A DNA stretch of 64,000 nt from contig DATMRF010000011.1 in assembly GCA_035566435.1 (NCBI GenBank), positions 26,878 to 90,877 on the forward strand, given 5' to 3'. The translations under genes were made by a program, and so were the position numbers. The stretch comes from Candidatus Acidiferrum sp. Its GTDB lineage: Bacteria; Verrucomicrobiota; Verrucomicrobiia; Limisphaerales; UBA8199. Shown piece after piece: positions 8,698-17,371 of this stretch (position 1 is its first letter; every line of letters starts with the position of its first letter). The notes beneath the pieces were generated by a model, which was not told the origin of the DNA, ran no database searches, and saw only the letters and a list, made by a program, of their open reading frames with translations.

Positions 8698-9615
8698 TCA
8701 ACCTCGTCTCCTCCCCCGGCGAGTCTCGAAAAACCGCTGCAGAGTTTGTGCGAAAGGTTCAGCTGTGCTGAAGCTCAACGTGTCCACCCCGGCCCGGCGA
8801 AAGGCGCGGTCCAGCTCGGCCAGACGTTCGGCGTTGGTGCGCGCAAAGCGGTCGCGGACCATGGCACGGCTGGAGTCGACTTCGAGCAATTCGCCGGTTT
8901 CGGCGTCTTCGAGCGTCAACAACCCGGCGGACGGCAACACGCTTTCGCGCGGGTCATGCAGGTGGACGCAGACCAGGTCGTGCCGCGCGTTAGTCAGGCC
9001 GATCTCCTGGAGGGTGTCGCGGCCTGAACGGGGCTGGGCGGCGGACGCTCCGAAGCTGTGAAGAAAATCCGTCAGCAGGAAGACGATCGAACGGCGGTGG
9101 AGCACATGATTGAGAAAGGCCAGGGCCGCCGGGATGTTCGTGCCGCGATGTTTCGGCTCGAAAAAAAGCATTTCGCGGATGAGGCGCAGGATGTGGCGGC
9201 GGCCTTTCCGCGGCGGCAGGAACAGCTCAACCTGGTCCGTAAACAGGAGCAGCGCCACTTTGTCGCTGCTCCGGGTGGCGGAAATGGCAAGCGTGCCCGC
9301 AATTTCCGCCGCGAAGTCGCGTTTCGACTGGCGCAGCGAACCAAACGCGCAGGATCCCGAGATATCCACCGCCAGCACCAGGGCAAGTTCGCGTTCCTCG
9401 CGGTAGCGTTTGATGAATGGCCGGCCCATCCGGAACGTGACATTCCAGTCGATGTCGCGAACCTCGTCCCCGGGGATGTACTCGCGCAGTTCTTCGAAGT
9501 CCATCCCTCGGCCTTTGAAATGGCTCAGGTAGGCCCCGACCATCATGTCATTGACCAGCCGATTGGTGCGGACCTCGATCCGGCGCACGGCCTCCAGTAA
9601 TTGCGTAATTGTCAT
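8698..9615 (-). CDS. DUF58 (VWA-like) protein
   Basis: DUF58 signature FKGRGMDFEELREYIPGDEVRDIDWNVT, located directly downstream of moxR. Confidence 0.8.
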   Translation of the reverse strand: MTITQLLEAVRRIEVRTNRLVNDMMVGAYLSHFKGRGMDFEELREYIPGDEVRDIDWNVTFRMGRPFIKRYREERELALVLAVDISGSCAFGSLRQSKRDFAAEIAGTLAISATRSSDKVALLLFTDQVELFLPPRKGRRHILRLIREMLFFEPKHRGTNIPAALAFLNHVLHRRSIVFLLTDFLHSFGASAAQPRSGRDTLQEIGLTNARHDLVCVHLHDPRESVLPSAGLLTLEDAETGELLEVDSSRAMVRDRFARTNAERLAELDRAFRRAGVDTLSFSTAEPFAQTLQRFFETRRGRRRG

Positions 9616-9624
9616 GGGGTGCTC

Positions 9625-9709
9625 GAGTCTCAGGTCTCAAGTCCCAAGTTCGAAGTCCCGACACACAGGACGCGGGACTTGAGACCTTGGGACTTGAGGC
9701 TTGAGACGG
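9625..9709. repeat. Long hairpin built from two 5-unit heptad arrays (AAGTCCC family) between moxR and DUF58
   Basis: Left arm GAGTCTC AGGTCTC AAGTCCC AAGTTCG AAGTCCC (9625-9659). Right arm GGGACTT GAGACCTT GGGACTT GAGGCTT GAGACGG (9674-9709). Paired blocks of about 8, 13 and 8 bp. Confidence 0.75.
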
Positions 9710-9712
9710 AGT

Positions 9713-10693
9713 TCACGGGACGGGGACGGTGTTGAAGATTTTTTTGATGATCGCGTCTGTTGTTACCGCCTGGGCTTCGGCCTCATACGTGAGAATAATG
9801 CGATGGCGCAGCACGTCCGGACCAATGCTCTTGACGTCCTCGGGCGTCACGTAAGTGCGGCTTTGCAGCAAGGCCCAGGCCTTCGCGGCGAGTGTAAGGT
9901 AGATCGTCGCTCGGGGCGAAGCGCCAAACTGGATGAAATGTTTCACATCGAGTTTGTATGGTTCCGGTTTACGTGTGGCGAAGACGAGGTGAACGATGTA
10001 TTCGCGCACTTTTTCATCGACGTGAATCTGATCTACCAGTTTGCGAGTGCGCAGGATCTCCTCCAATTCGATCACCGGTTGCGTCCGGGTTTCCGGGGCG
10101 GTAAACGCCATGCGGTCGAGGATTTTTCGTTCTTCCTCGAACGACGGATAATCCAACAGCACTTTGAACATGAAGCGGTCCACCTGCGCTTCGGGCAGAG
10201 GGTAAGTGCCTTCCTGGTCGATGGGGTTTTCGGTGGCCAGCACCAGGAATGGCGAGGGCAGCGGCATGGTTTCGCCGCCCAGAGTGACCTGCCGCTCCTG
10301 CATGGTCTCCAGCAAAGCCGATTGCACCTTGGCCGGCGCGCGGTTGATCTCGTCCGCGAGCACAAAATTGGCGAACACCGGACCTTTGGTGGCGTGATAC
10401 TTGCCGTCCTGGGGACTGTAGATGAGCGTGCCGACGATGTCGGCCGGGAGCAGGTCAGGCGTGAATTGAATGCGGTGGAACGAGGCCTGGATCGCGGCGG
10501 CCAGGGTGCGGACGGAGAGGGTTTTGGCGAGCCCGGGCACACCTTCGAGCAGGACGTGGCCGTTGGCGAGCAATCCCACGAGCAACCGGTCCACCAATTG
10601 CTCTTGCCCGACGATCACCCTGCCAATTTCGCCCCGCAGCCTGGAAATCCAGGTTGCCGCCGCCTTCACTTGCTCGTCCAACGGTGTGCTCAT
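9713..10693 (-). CDS. MoxR-family AAA+ ATPase
   Basis: VIVGQEQLVDRLLVGLLANGHVLLEGVPGLAKT (Walker A), FLVLATENP and a typical MoxR length of 326 aa. Confidence 0.9.
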   Translation of the reverse strand: MSTPLDEQVKAAATWISRLRGEIGRVIVGQEQLVDRLLVGLLANGHVLLEGVPGLAKTLSVRTLAAAIQASFHRIQFTPDLLPADIVGTLIYSPQDGKYHATKGPVFANFVLADEINRAPAKVQSALLETMQERQVTLGGETMPLPSPFLVLATENPIDQEGTYPLPEAQVDRFMFKVLLDYPSFEEERKILDRMAFTAPETRTQPVIELEEILRTRKLVDQIHVDEKVREYIVHLVFATRKPEPYKLDVKHFIQFGASPRATIYLTLAAKAWALLQSRTYVTPEDVKSIGPDVLRHRIILTYEAEAQAVTTDAIIKKIFNTVPVP

Positions 10694-10976
10694 TTTCCGA
10701 CGAATCTAGGCAACGAATGTCTGAGGCACAAGCGCAGGGAACGGCTTTTGGCCGCGGATAGCGCGGATGGCGCGGAAAGAAGAAAAGAACGAACAAGGAA
10801 TTATTTAATCTCGCGGTGACGAGGCACGGCTTGCGTGATGAGTGTCCGCAAGTGCTGGTACCAATCGTGGGGAAGCTAGCCCCGGCGCCATGACCGGGCA
10901 CCGACATTGTTTCGCCGCGAGCCTGGAACTGAAGCATCGGTCTTCGGAACGGACTCACTCCGGAGACCCTCAAGCG

Positions 10977-11297
10977 GGGAGCCGGAAGCCTCGGCAGCAG
11001 GCCGGCGAGCTTTTGGGTAGCGTCAGGCGTTTGCAGCATGCTGGCTAACTGCATCGCGGCCACCTGAGCCGGACCGGGCGGCCTGGCGATCACGCGCACT
11101 GTCAGGCCCAGTCGGTCTTTGCCTGAGGCTAGAATTAACCCCCGGTATGCGGCAACCCGGACCGCATCGACTCGTTCCGTGTCGAACAGCCGCCTATAGG
11201 CAGTGCGCGCCTTAGCGTTGACGCCCGCGGCGAGCCACTCGTCGGCGCACCGCAACTGGGCATCCACTACCGCCGAATGTACTGTGCCGCAACGCAA
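10977..11297 (-). pseudogene. Remnant of a HEAT-repeat protein gene
   Basis: About 107 codons (LRCADEWLAAGVNAKARTAYRRLFD..VRVAAYRGLILASG..AQVAAMQLAS..LAGLLPRLP) resemble the HEAT region of large PVC HEAT/cytochrome proteins. A stop lies 2 codons upstream, and downstream the frame decays into the moxR promoter with no own stop. Confidence 0.35.
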
Positions 11298-11371
11298 TGT
11301 TTAGGCTTCGATTCGACCCAGGCGACCTCCAGGCTTGCCTTTGAGGTGCCGTTGTTTTACACCTTGCGTTG

Positions 11372-12277
11372 ATGAGCGGTCAGATGGAACCGAGAATATC
11401 GAAGTGGCCCTTCTTATTGGGTGATGGGCTCCTGCTCGGCCTCGCCGGGTTCATCTATTACCAAAGCACTCTTCCTATGGGTCCCTGGCAGATCGGTTTC
11501 GTCGTCCTTTGCATTGCCGGTGGCGCCTGGCTTGCCATCATGCCATTCCTGCTGGAATACCGCGTGGTTGCCAAACTCGCCGAGGCCGACGCGCTCGCCA
11601 CCGTGGTCGCCCAGCTTCAAAAACTCGAGACGGTCGCCGCGGAAATCGGCAATGCCACTGGCCAGTGGCAGACCATGCACGAAGAGGCCGCCAAAACCGC
11701 CGCTGCTGCCAAAGCAATCGCCGAGCGCATGGGCAAAGAAGTCCAGGGTTTCACGGAGTTCATGCAGCAGGCAAACGATGGCGAAAAGGCGACCTTGCGG
11801 CTGGAGGTGGAGAAGTTACGCCGGGCTGAGGCCGACTGGCTCCAGGTGCTGGTCCGGATGCTCGACCACGTGTACGCGCTCCACAATGGCGCCCTGCGCT
11901 CGGGCCAGCCGAACCTGATTGAAAACCTCAACAATTTCCAAAATGCCTGCCGTGATGCAGCTCGCCGCGTCGGGCTGATGCCCTTCCAGCCCACCCCGGC
12001 TGAGCGGTTTGATGCCCAGCGTCACCAGGTGGCGAATGGCGACGGACAGCCGTCTCCGGACGCGGTTGTCCGCGAAACGGTCGCCAGCGGCTATACCTTT
12101 CAGGGTCGCCTGCTGCGCCCCGCGATGGTCCGGCTGAGTGACCACGCGGCCGAGACGGTGCCGGAGCCTGCTCCTGCTCCCGGCCTAACCTCCGACGGGC
12201 GCGAAGGAAAAGCCGCAAGTCGCGGCGACGGCCAAAGCCAATTGCCGCTGGACCAAACAGGGGAGACTCTGGCTTAG
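11372..12277 (+). CDS. Membrane-anchored coiled-coil protein with GrpE-like C-terminal domain
   Basis: Two N-terminal TM helices and a long coiled coil. The C-terminus RVGLMPFQPTPAERFDAQRHQV...VVRETVASGYTFQGRLLRPAMVRL lines up with the GrpE beta-domain pattern G.E.I...G..FDP..H.A.....V..KGY.L.GR.IR.A.V.V. Confidence 0.6.
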   Translation: MSGQMEPRISKWPFLLGDGLLLGLAGFIYYQSTLPMGPWQIGFVVLCIAGGAWLAIMPFLLEYRVVAKLAEADALATVVAQLQKLETVAAEIGNATGQWQTMHEEAAKTAAAAKAIAERMGKEVQGFTEFMQQANDGEKATLRLEVEKLRRAEADWLQVLVRMLDHVYALHNGALRSGQPNLIENLNNFQNACRDAARRVGLMPFQPTPAERFDAQRHQVANGDGQPSPDAVVRETVASGYTFQGRLLRPAMVRLSDHAAETVPEPAPAPGLTSDGREGKAASRGDGQSQLPLDQTGETLA

Positions 12278-12549
12278 CCCGGCGCTCCTGTGGTTTGGTT
12301 TAACCCAAGTTGGGCCTCGGCCAGGTCCGCTTCCAATCGCGCCATCTCCGCCGCCACCTGCGAGAGGGGCAGTTGATTGCTTTGAAGAGCGGAGAGGAGG
12401 CGTTTTTGCGCATCTTGAATCTTCGCAACTCGCTGCCTCAACACCTCCGAGCCCGCCATCTGAAGGGTATTTACAGGCGCCTGTTCGCTCGCCCCGACCG
12501 ATCCGGATTTCTGAGCGTCGCTGAACATAATTAGGGCCTGTGATAGCAA
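12274..12549 (-). CDS. Small hypothetical coiled-coil protein
   Basis: Open frame only, with helical heptad-like text (RQRVAKIQDAQKRLLSALQ...EMARLEADLAEAQ). Same strand as addA and just downstream of it. No recognisable family. Confidence 0.3.
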   Translation of the reverse strand: MLSQALIMFSDAQKSGSVGASEQAPVNTLQMAGSEVLRQRVAKIQDAQKRLLSALQSNQLPLSQVAAEMARLEADLAEAQLGLNQTTGAPG

Positions 12550-12707
12550 TAATCAGGCCAAATGCATGCGCCATTCAGCACCAGAGCCGCGGAGGAGTTG
12601 TTTTGGAACCCATTCGAGGAGGGGAAGAAAGATGGGCGGAAAGGCAAGTATTAATCATTCCGGCGGAAGACGTTACCTATATGCGGTTGTTCGCTAACGG
12701 CTATTGG

Positions 12708-15700
12708 CTATTCCGAGCAAGCACGACATAGGTGGCCCTCTCGCGCTGCAAGGAAATACAGCCAACCTTCAGCGACCCGCCGCTGATAGATCCTCTCCAG
12801 CGCCCCGGCATACAACCTGAGTTGTGGCTCATACAGCTTTACCTTGTCCAGCAATTCCTTGGGTGCCACCTCATCTGTCTTAAAATCCACCAGCCAAATC
12901 TTCTGTGGCAGGATCACCGCTAAGTCTGCGACTCCCTGAACCACCACGAACTCGCGCGCCAGGCTAGGGCTGGCGGGCTCGCCCGTGACCCGAGCCAGTT
13001 CTTCTGGCGAGAAGCGCGCTGTAAACGCCAATTCACGCCCGACGAACTGCGCCTGGGCACGAATCCTTGAGCCGAGATCTGAGCTCCAAAACGCACTCAG
13101 GCCGTCGAAATCGAGCAACATGGCCTCTTCGGCGCTCAAAACGCCTTGCTCCTCGAGGCGCCGTGCTTCTGATTTGAGCTGGGTGACGGTTTCCGTTTGT
13201 GTAATCGCAACTCGTTCCAAAAACACATGATGTGCGTTTCCCACGTCCACTGCCGACGCCTTCGCGGCCGGCTCGCCCACGCCGCCTTTGACCTGCGACC
13301 TGAGACGTTGGACGTTAGCCTTGAGGGTTGAAACCCGAGACCGTGGTCCGAGGGCTACAGACAACTCCTCCCTATCGTCGGCCACCGCCCTTCGCCGGAG
13401 GGCCGAGACCGAGGTCTTCGCGGGATGCCGCGTGGCAGCCCCAAACGCGTATTGCCAGGTCAGGCGTTCCTCCAATTCCTGCCACACTCGCGGTGTCGCT
13501 ATGGGCTCGAGACCACCGGAACTTTCGTCGTTGATTGCGTTAAGCTCGAGCGTTGCCAACCTTGTTTCGTCGTGGATTGTCCACTTGAGCCCGGCGCTTT
13601 CCCCCTGTCTGGCACTCTCGGCCGCGGCGCCGGCCCGTTGTGAAAACCAGAGGCCCAGCCAGTCTGCGTAACTGCCGGCGGCCAAGAGTGCGTCGTTGGT
13701 CAGCTCGCCGTGCGGCTGCCACAGTTTTTCGAATTTGGACTCCGAAACCGCCCCGCTGAGCAACAGTAGGTCGCGCGCGCGGGTCATCGCCACGTACAAA
13801 AGCCGCAACTCTTCTCCCAGCAATTCCCGTTTCTGCCGCCTGCGCGCGAGCCAATATGGCAGGCTAGGGTAACGTTTGCCGGTATGCGGCGGCTTAATCT
13901 GCGGGCACAAGCCGTATTCCTCATCCAGAATAATCTCGGCGCGGAGGTCTGACAGGTTGAACGGTTTGCCTAAGTCCGCCACGACCACAACGGGGAATTC
14001 GAGCCCTTTGCTCTGATGAATGCTCATGAGGCGGACCGCGTTCTCCTCACCCGCCGCCGCCACTTCCGGCTCGCTCTCCGCCAGTTGCTGCGCGTCGATG
14101 AACCGCAGAAAGCGGAATAAGCCCTGGCGCTGGAATTGATCGAATTGCTCGGCCAGCCCAAGCAGGCGCCGGACGTTGGTCTGGCGCTGTTGGCCACGTG
14201 GCTGTGTCAACAACCAGTCCGTGTAGTGCGTATCCGTCAGCACGGCCTCTAAACAGCCAGAAAGCGACACTTGCCGCGCCAGCTGCCGCCACCGCGCGAA
14301 CCGGTCCAAAAACGTGCCCACCTTGCTGAAGGCGGACTCTGGACTATCCGCTTTGGGCTTTGGACTATTGGCCTCGTGCCATCGGACCAGCGCTATCCAA
14401 AAGCGCGTCTTGAGCGCTGTGCGACGGATGGCGGCCAGTTCGTTGAGAGTTAGGCCGACCAGAGGCGAGTGGAGCACTGCCAGCGCCGGCAGGTCCTGCA
14501 GCGGGTTGTCCAGCAACTGCAGGAGACTCAGCAAATCAGAGATTTCCAGATTCCGGTAAAAGCCGCCGCGTGCCACCTGCAAAGGGACGTCGAGCCGGGA
14601 AAACTCCTTTGCATAGCTCTCGGCCTTGTGGGCCGGCGCACGCAGCAGGATGGCCATATCGCGCCACTCCACTGGCCGGAATTGGCCGGTGCCCTCATCC
14701 CAAACCGGGTGGAGGTCCGACTTCAACTCGCACAAGCGCATCGCCACCAGCCGCGCTTCCTTTGCCGCTTCTTCCAAATCCCTCGCCTCAGCCAACGCCT
14801 CAGCCATCTCCGGGTCGCCGCCCTCCGACTCCCCGGCGCTCTTGACCCGCAAATGCAGTTCGACGCAAGGCGTGGCATTGGCAGCGGCGCTAAAGGCCTG
14901 GCGGTCCTGAGCGGCGCCAAACCTCAAGCGGGCCGTTTCGTCGTAAGACACTCCCCCGAGCTCCCGGCGCATCGTACAGGCGAACACCGAATTGATGAAA
15001 TCAAGAATTCCCTCACGGCTGCGGAAATTATCCGTCAGGGGAATGGCCCGGCCCCGGCCACCGCCCCACTTTTCCACATAGCCCTGGAAAATGCCCGGAT
15101 TAGCCAGCCGGAATCGGTAAATGCTTTGCTTCACATCCCCAACCAGGAAGCGGTTTGCGTGCGCTCCCTCGCGGCTGAGTGCCTCGATGATCTTGTCCTG
15201 CGCCGCGTTAATGTCCTGGTACTCATCGACGAAGACAAAGCGCAGTTTTTCGCGCCATTGCTGCGCGATTTTCGTCGGCCGATTGTTGCCGACGTCCCAC
15301 AACAGCCGGAGCGCTTGTTGCTCGAGGTCGTGGAAATCGACCACTCCCAGTTCGCGTTTCGCTTCGTTGAACGCCCCAGTGAATTCCTTGGCTAGTTCCA
15401 GCAGCGTGGCCATCTGCCCGCGCACCCAGGACCAGTCTTCCATCAAGGGGTCTGTGTCACCGGTCGCCGTATTCAGTGACTCGAGAAAACCGGCCTCGTC
15501 GAGAAACGCCTGGAGCGGTTTGAGTGATCCTGTTTTCGCTCCGCGAGGGCGATCCCTCGCCGCCGCCGAAATGGTTTCCAGGCAGGCGGCGGACTCTGGG
15601 CGGTTAGGTTGAAGCGAGAGGGCTTTCAGCGCGGCGGCGCATTTGACGGCCAGGTCATTTCTGGCCGCCTCTCGTTCCAACACCTGCAGCCAGCGGGCTC

Positions 15701-16352
15701 GCCAATCCGCCAGCGCCTGTAGCAGCCAGGGCTCCCACGCAGTGGGTTGGTTCGCTGCAAAGACGGCGGCCTGGCCGCGCAGCCAGCCTGCAGGGTCCGG
15801 CAGGGTCTGAGTGTAATGGTGAATCTTGAGCGCCAGGGTCCGAATCGCTTTGTCCCTTCCCCGTCCTTGCGTTTGGATGAGCTGCTGCACCGCCTCGGCG
15901 GCGCGGCCCCGGCCGGCATAATGCTTTTCCAATAGCCCGTCGAGTGTCTCCTCGGCCAGCAGTCGCCCCTCGTCCTCGGCCAGCACCGTGAATTGTGGGT
16001 CGAGGTCCAGCGCGTAAAAGTGCTGGCGCACGAGTTGGAGGCAAAAGCTGTGCAAGGTCCCGATGTGAGCGGTCTCGAACAATGCCAGTTGCTCCTGCCA
16101 GTGCGGTTCATGCGGCCGCCGCGCCAGCTCCTGTTCCAGGCGCGAGCGGATGCGCTGCCGCATTTCTGCGGCAGCCGCTTCGGTGAAGGTGACCATCAGG
16201 ATCTGCTCCAGCGAGGCGCGCGGCTGCTCGTGCAGCAGGCAGCGCAGGCAACGTTCCACCAGCGTTCGGGTTTTGCCGGTGCCGGCGCCCGCCACTACCA
16301 GCACGTTGCCCCGTTCGTTAATCGCCTGCTGTTGGGCCGCGGTTAGATTCAT
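12708..16352 (-). CDS. addA: AddA-type UvrD-family helicase-nuclease
   Basis: Motif I VVAGAGTGKT, motif II FVFVDEYQDIN, 1214 aa, C-terminal PD-(D/E)xK-like segment (VVVQGVADLAV...WLVDFKTDEV). Confidence 0.85.
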   Translation of the reverse strand: MNLTAAQQQAINERGNVLVVAGAGTGKTRTLVERCLRCLLHEQPRASLEQILMVTFTEAAAAEMRQRIRSRLEQELARRPHEPHWQEQLALFETAHIGTLHSFCLQLVRQHFYALDLDPQFTVLAEDEGRLLAEETLDGLLEKHYAGRGRAAEAVQQLIQTQGRGRDKAIRTLALKIHHYTQTLPDPAGWLRGQAAVFAANQPTAWEPWLLQALADWRARWLQVLEREAARNDLAVKCAAALKALSLQPNRPESAACLETISAAARDRPRGAKTGSLKPLQAFLDEAGFLESLNTATGDTDPLMEDWSWVRGQMATLLELAKEFTGAFNEAKRELGVVDFHDLEQQALRLLWDVGNNRPTKIAQQWREKLRFVFVDEYQDINAAQDKIIEALSREGAHANRFLVGDVKQSIYRFRLANPGIFQGYVEKWGGGRGRAIPLTDNFRSREGILDFINSVFACTMRRELGGVSYDETARLRFGAAQDRQAFSAAANATPCVELHLRVKSAGESEGGDPEMAEALAEARDLEEAAKEARLVAMRLCELKSDLHPVWDEGTGQFRPVEWRDMAILLRAPAHKAESYAKEFSRLDVPLQVARGGFYRNLEISDLLSLLQLLDNPLQDLPALAVLHSPLVGLTLNELAAIRRTALKTRFWIALVRWHEANSPKPKADSPESAFSKVGTFLDRFARWRQLARQVSLSGCLEAVLTDTHYTDWLLTQPRGQQRQTNVRRLLGLAEQFDQFQRQGLFRFLRFIDAQQLAESEPEVAAAGEENAVRLMSIHQSKGLEFPVVVVADLGKPFNLSDLRAEIILDEEYGLCPQIKPPHTGKRYPSLPYWLARRRQKRELLGEELRLLYVAMTRARDLLLLSGAVSESKFEKLWQPHGELTNDALLAAGSYADWLGLWFSQRAGAAAESARQGESAGLKWTIHDETRLATLELNAINDESSGGLEPIATPRVWQELEERLTWQYAFGAATRHPAKTSVSALRRRAVADDREELSVALGPRSRVSTLKANVQRLRSQVKGGVGEPAAKASAVDVGNAHHVFLERVAITQTETVTQLKSEARRLEEQGVLSAEEAMLLDFDGLSAFWSSDLGSRIRAQAQFVGRELAFTARFSPEELARVTGEPASPSLAREFVVVQGVADLAVILPQKIWLVDFKTDEVAPKELLDKVKLYEPQLRLYAGALERIYQRRVAEGWLYFLAAREGHLCRACSE

Positions 16353-16356
16353 CGGG

Positions 16357-16395
16357 AATTTGCGATTGCGATTTGCAATTTAGCATTTACAATTG
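16357..16395. repeat. Degenerate heptad array ATTTGCG family directly upstream of addA
   Basis: AATTTGCG ATTGCG ATTTGCA ATTTAGC ATTTACA ATTG, starting 5 nt from the addA ATG. Confidence 0.65.
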
Positions 16396-16479
16396 AGTCG
16401 CGTGAACCGAGTTGATCGCCCGTCGCAGGTTGTGGCAGCGCGTACTTGGGCGCAACGATGAAATGGATGCTCGGGTCTG

Positions 16480-17343
16480 ATGAAAATAAACTCGCTCATT
16501 CAAAAAATCGGTGCTCACGCCCCTTTCCTGGGAGGCAAAAGGCGGCATGCCATCGTGCCGCCCGCGTTGGGCGACCCGCTCCGGTTTCCCTATGGCCCCT
16601 TCCGCTTCCGCACGCGACTGGCAAAAGGCACTGAATACACCGTACTGGCCTCCCCGGACCTGCGCACCTGGAGTCCGACGTCGATGTCCGTCGCCAAAGA
16701 GGAAGTGGTCGAATATGTCGATTCCGAGGCCTTCAAGTTTACGTGCCGCTTTTACCGCATGCAGGTCCGGCAAGTGTTCTCGGCGAATGTCATCGGCTAT
16801 GCTTCCGTGTCCCTGCCGCCCGGTTTTTCCATGATCGCCAATCCTTTCGATACACCCCAAACTGTGGGTGAAACCTTCAAGGGCTGGCCCCAGGGCACGA
16901 CATTGAACCGATTCGACACGATGCTCTTTAAGCTCGTTGAGAACGATTTCAAAGACGGCAAATGGTCTAATCCTCACGAGAAACTCGTGCCGGGTGAAGG
17001 CGCGATTTTTTTTAATCCCACTTCTGATTACAAGTCGGCGAGCTTTGTCGGCGACGTCATTCAGGGAAGCCTCTCTGTCCCGATTCCGGCGGGCTTTTCG
17101 ATCCGCAGCGCGCTGGTGCCACAGCCGGGCAACCTGGCCGACGACCTACGCTTCCCAATCAGCAACGGGGATGTCATCCACCTTTTCGACCGCGAGCGGC
17201 AGAAGTACGTCCTGCACCCCTACCAGGACGGCCGCTGGACGGCCGGTCCACCCATCATCGGTGTGGGCGAAGCCTTTTGGGTCGCGAAAACCGATCCCGG
17301 GAACTGGAGCTACAATCTGGAAATCGGCGAAGCAGCGAGTTGA
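16480..17343 (+). CDS. Hypothetical protein with FYR-ending beta module + internally duplicated ~85-aa domain
   Basis: The N-terminal module YTVLASPDLRTWSP...CRFYRMQV resembles the C-terminus of the 29018 protein. It is followed by two copies of the pattern S(V)xxPxGFSxI...GxW...PGEG/A-FF/W. No signal peptide is visible. Confidence 0.6.
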   Translation: MKINSLIQKIGAHAPFLGGKRRHAIVPPALGDPLRFPYGPFRFRTRLAKGTEYTVLASPDLRTWSPTSMSVAKEEVVEYVDSEAFKFTCRFYRMQVRQVFSANVIGYASVSLPPGFSMIANPFDTPQTVGETFKGWPQGTTLNRFDTMLFKLVENDFKDGKWSNPHEKLVPGEGAIFFNPTSDYKSASFVGDVIQGSLSVPIPAGFSIRSALVPQPGNLADDLRFPISNGDVIHLFDRERQKYVLHPYQDGRWTAGPPIIGVGEAFWVAKTDPGNWSYNLEIGEAAS

Positions 17344-17371
17344 AAACCCTGAGGGTTCGTCGCTCCATCAC

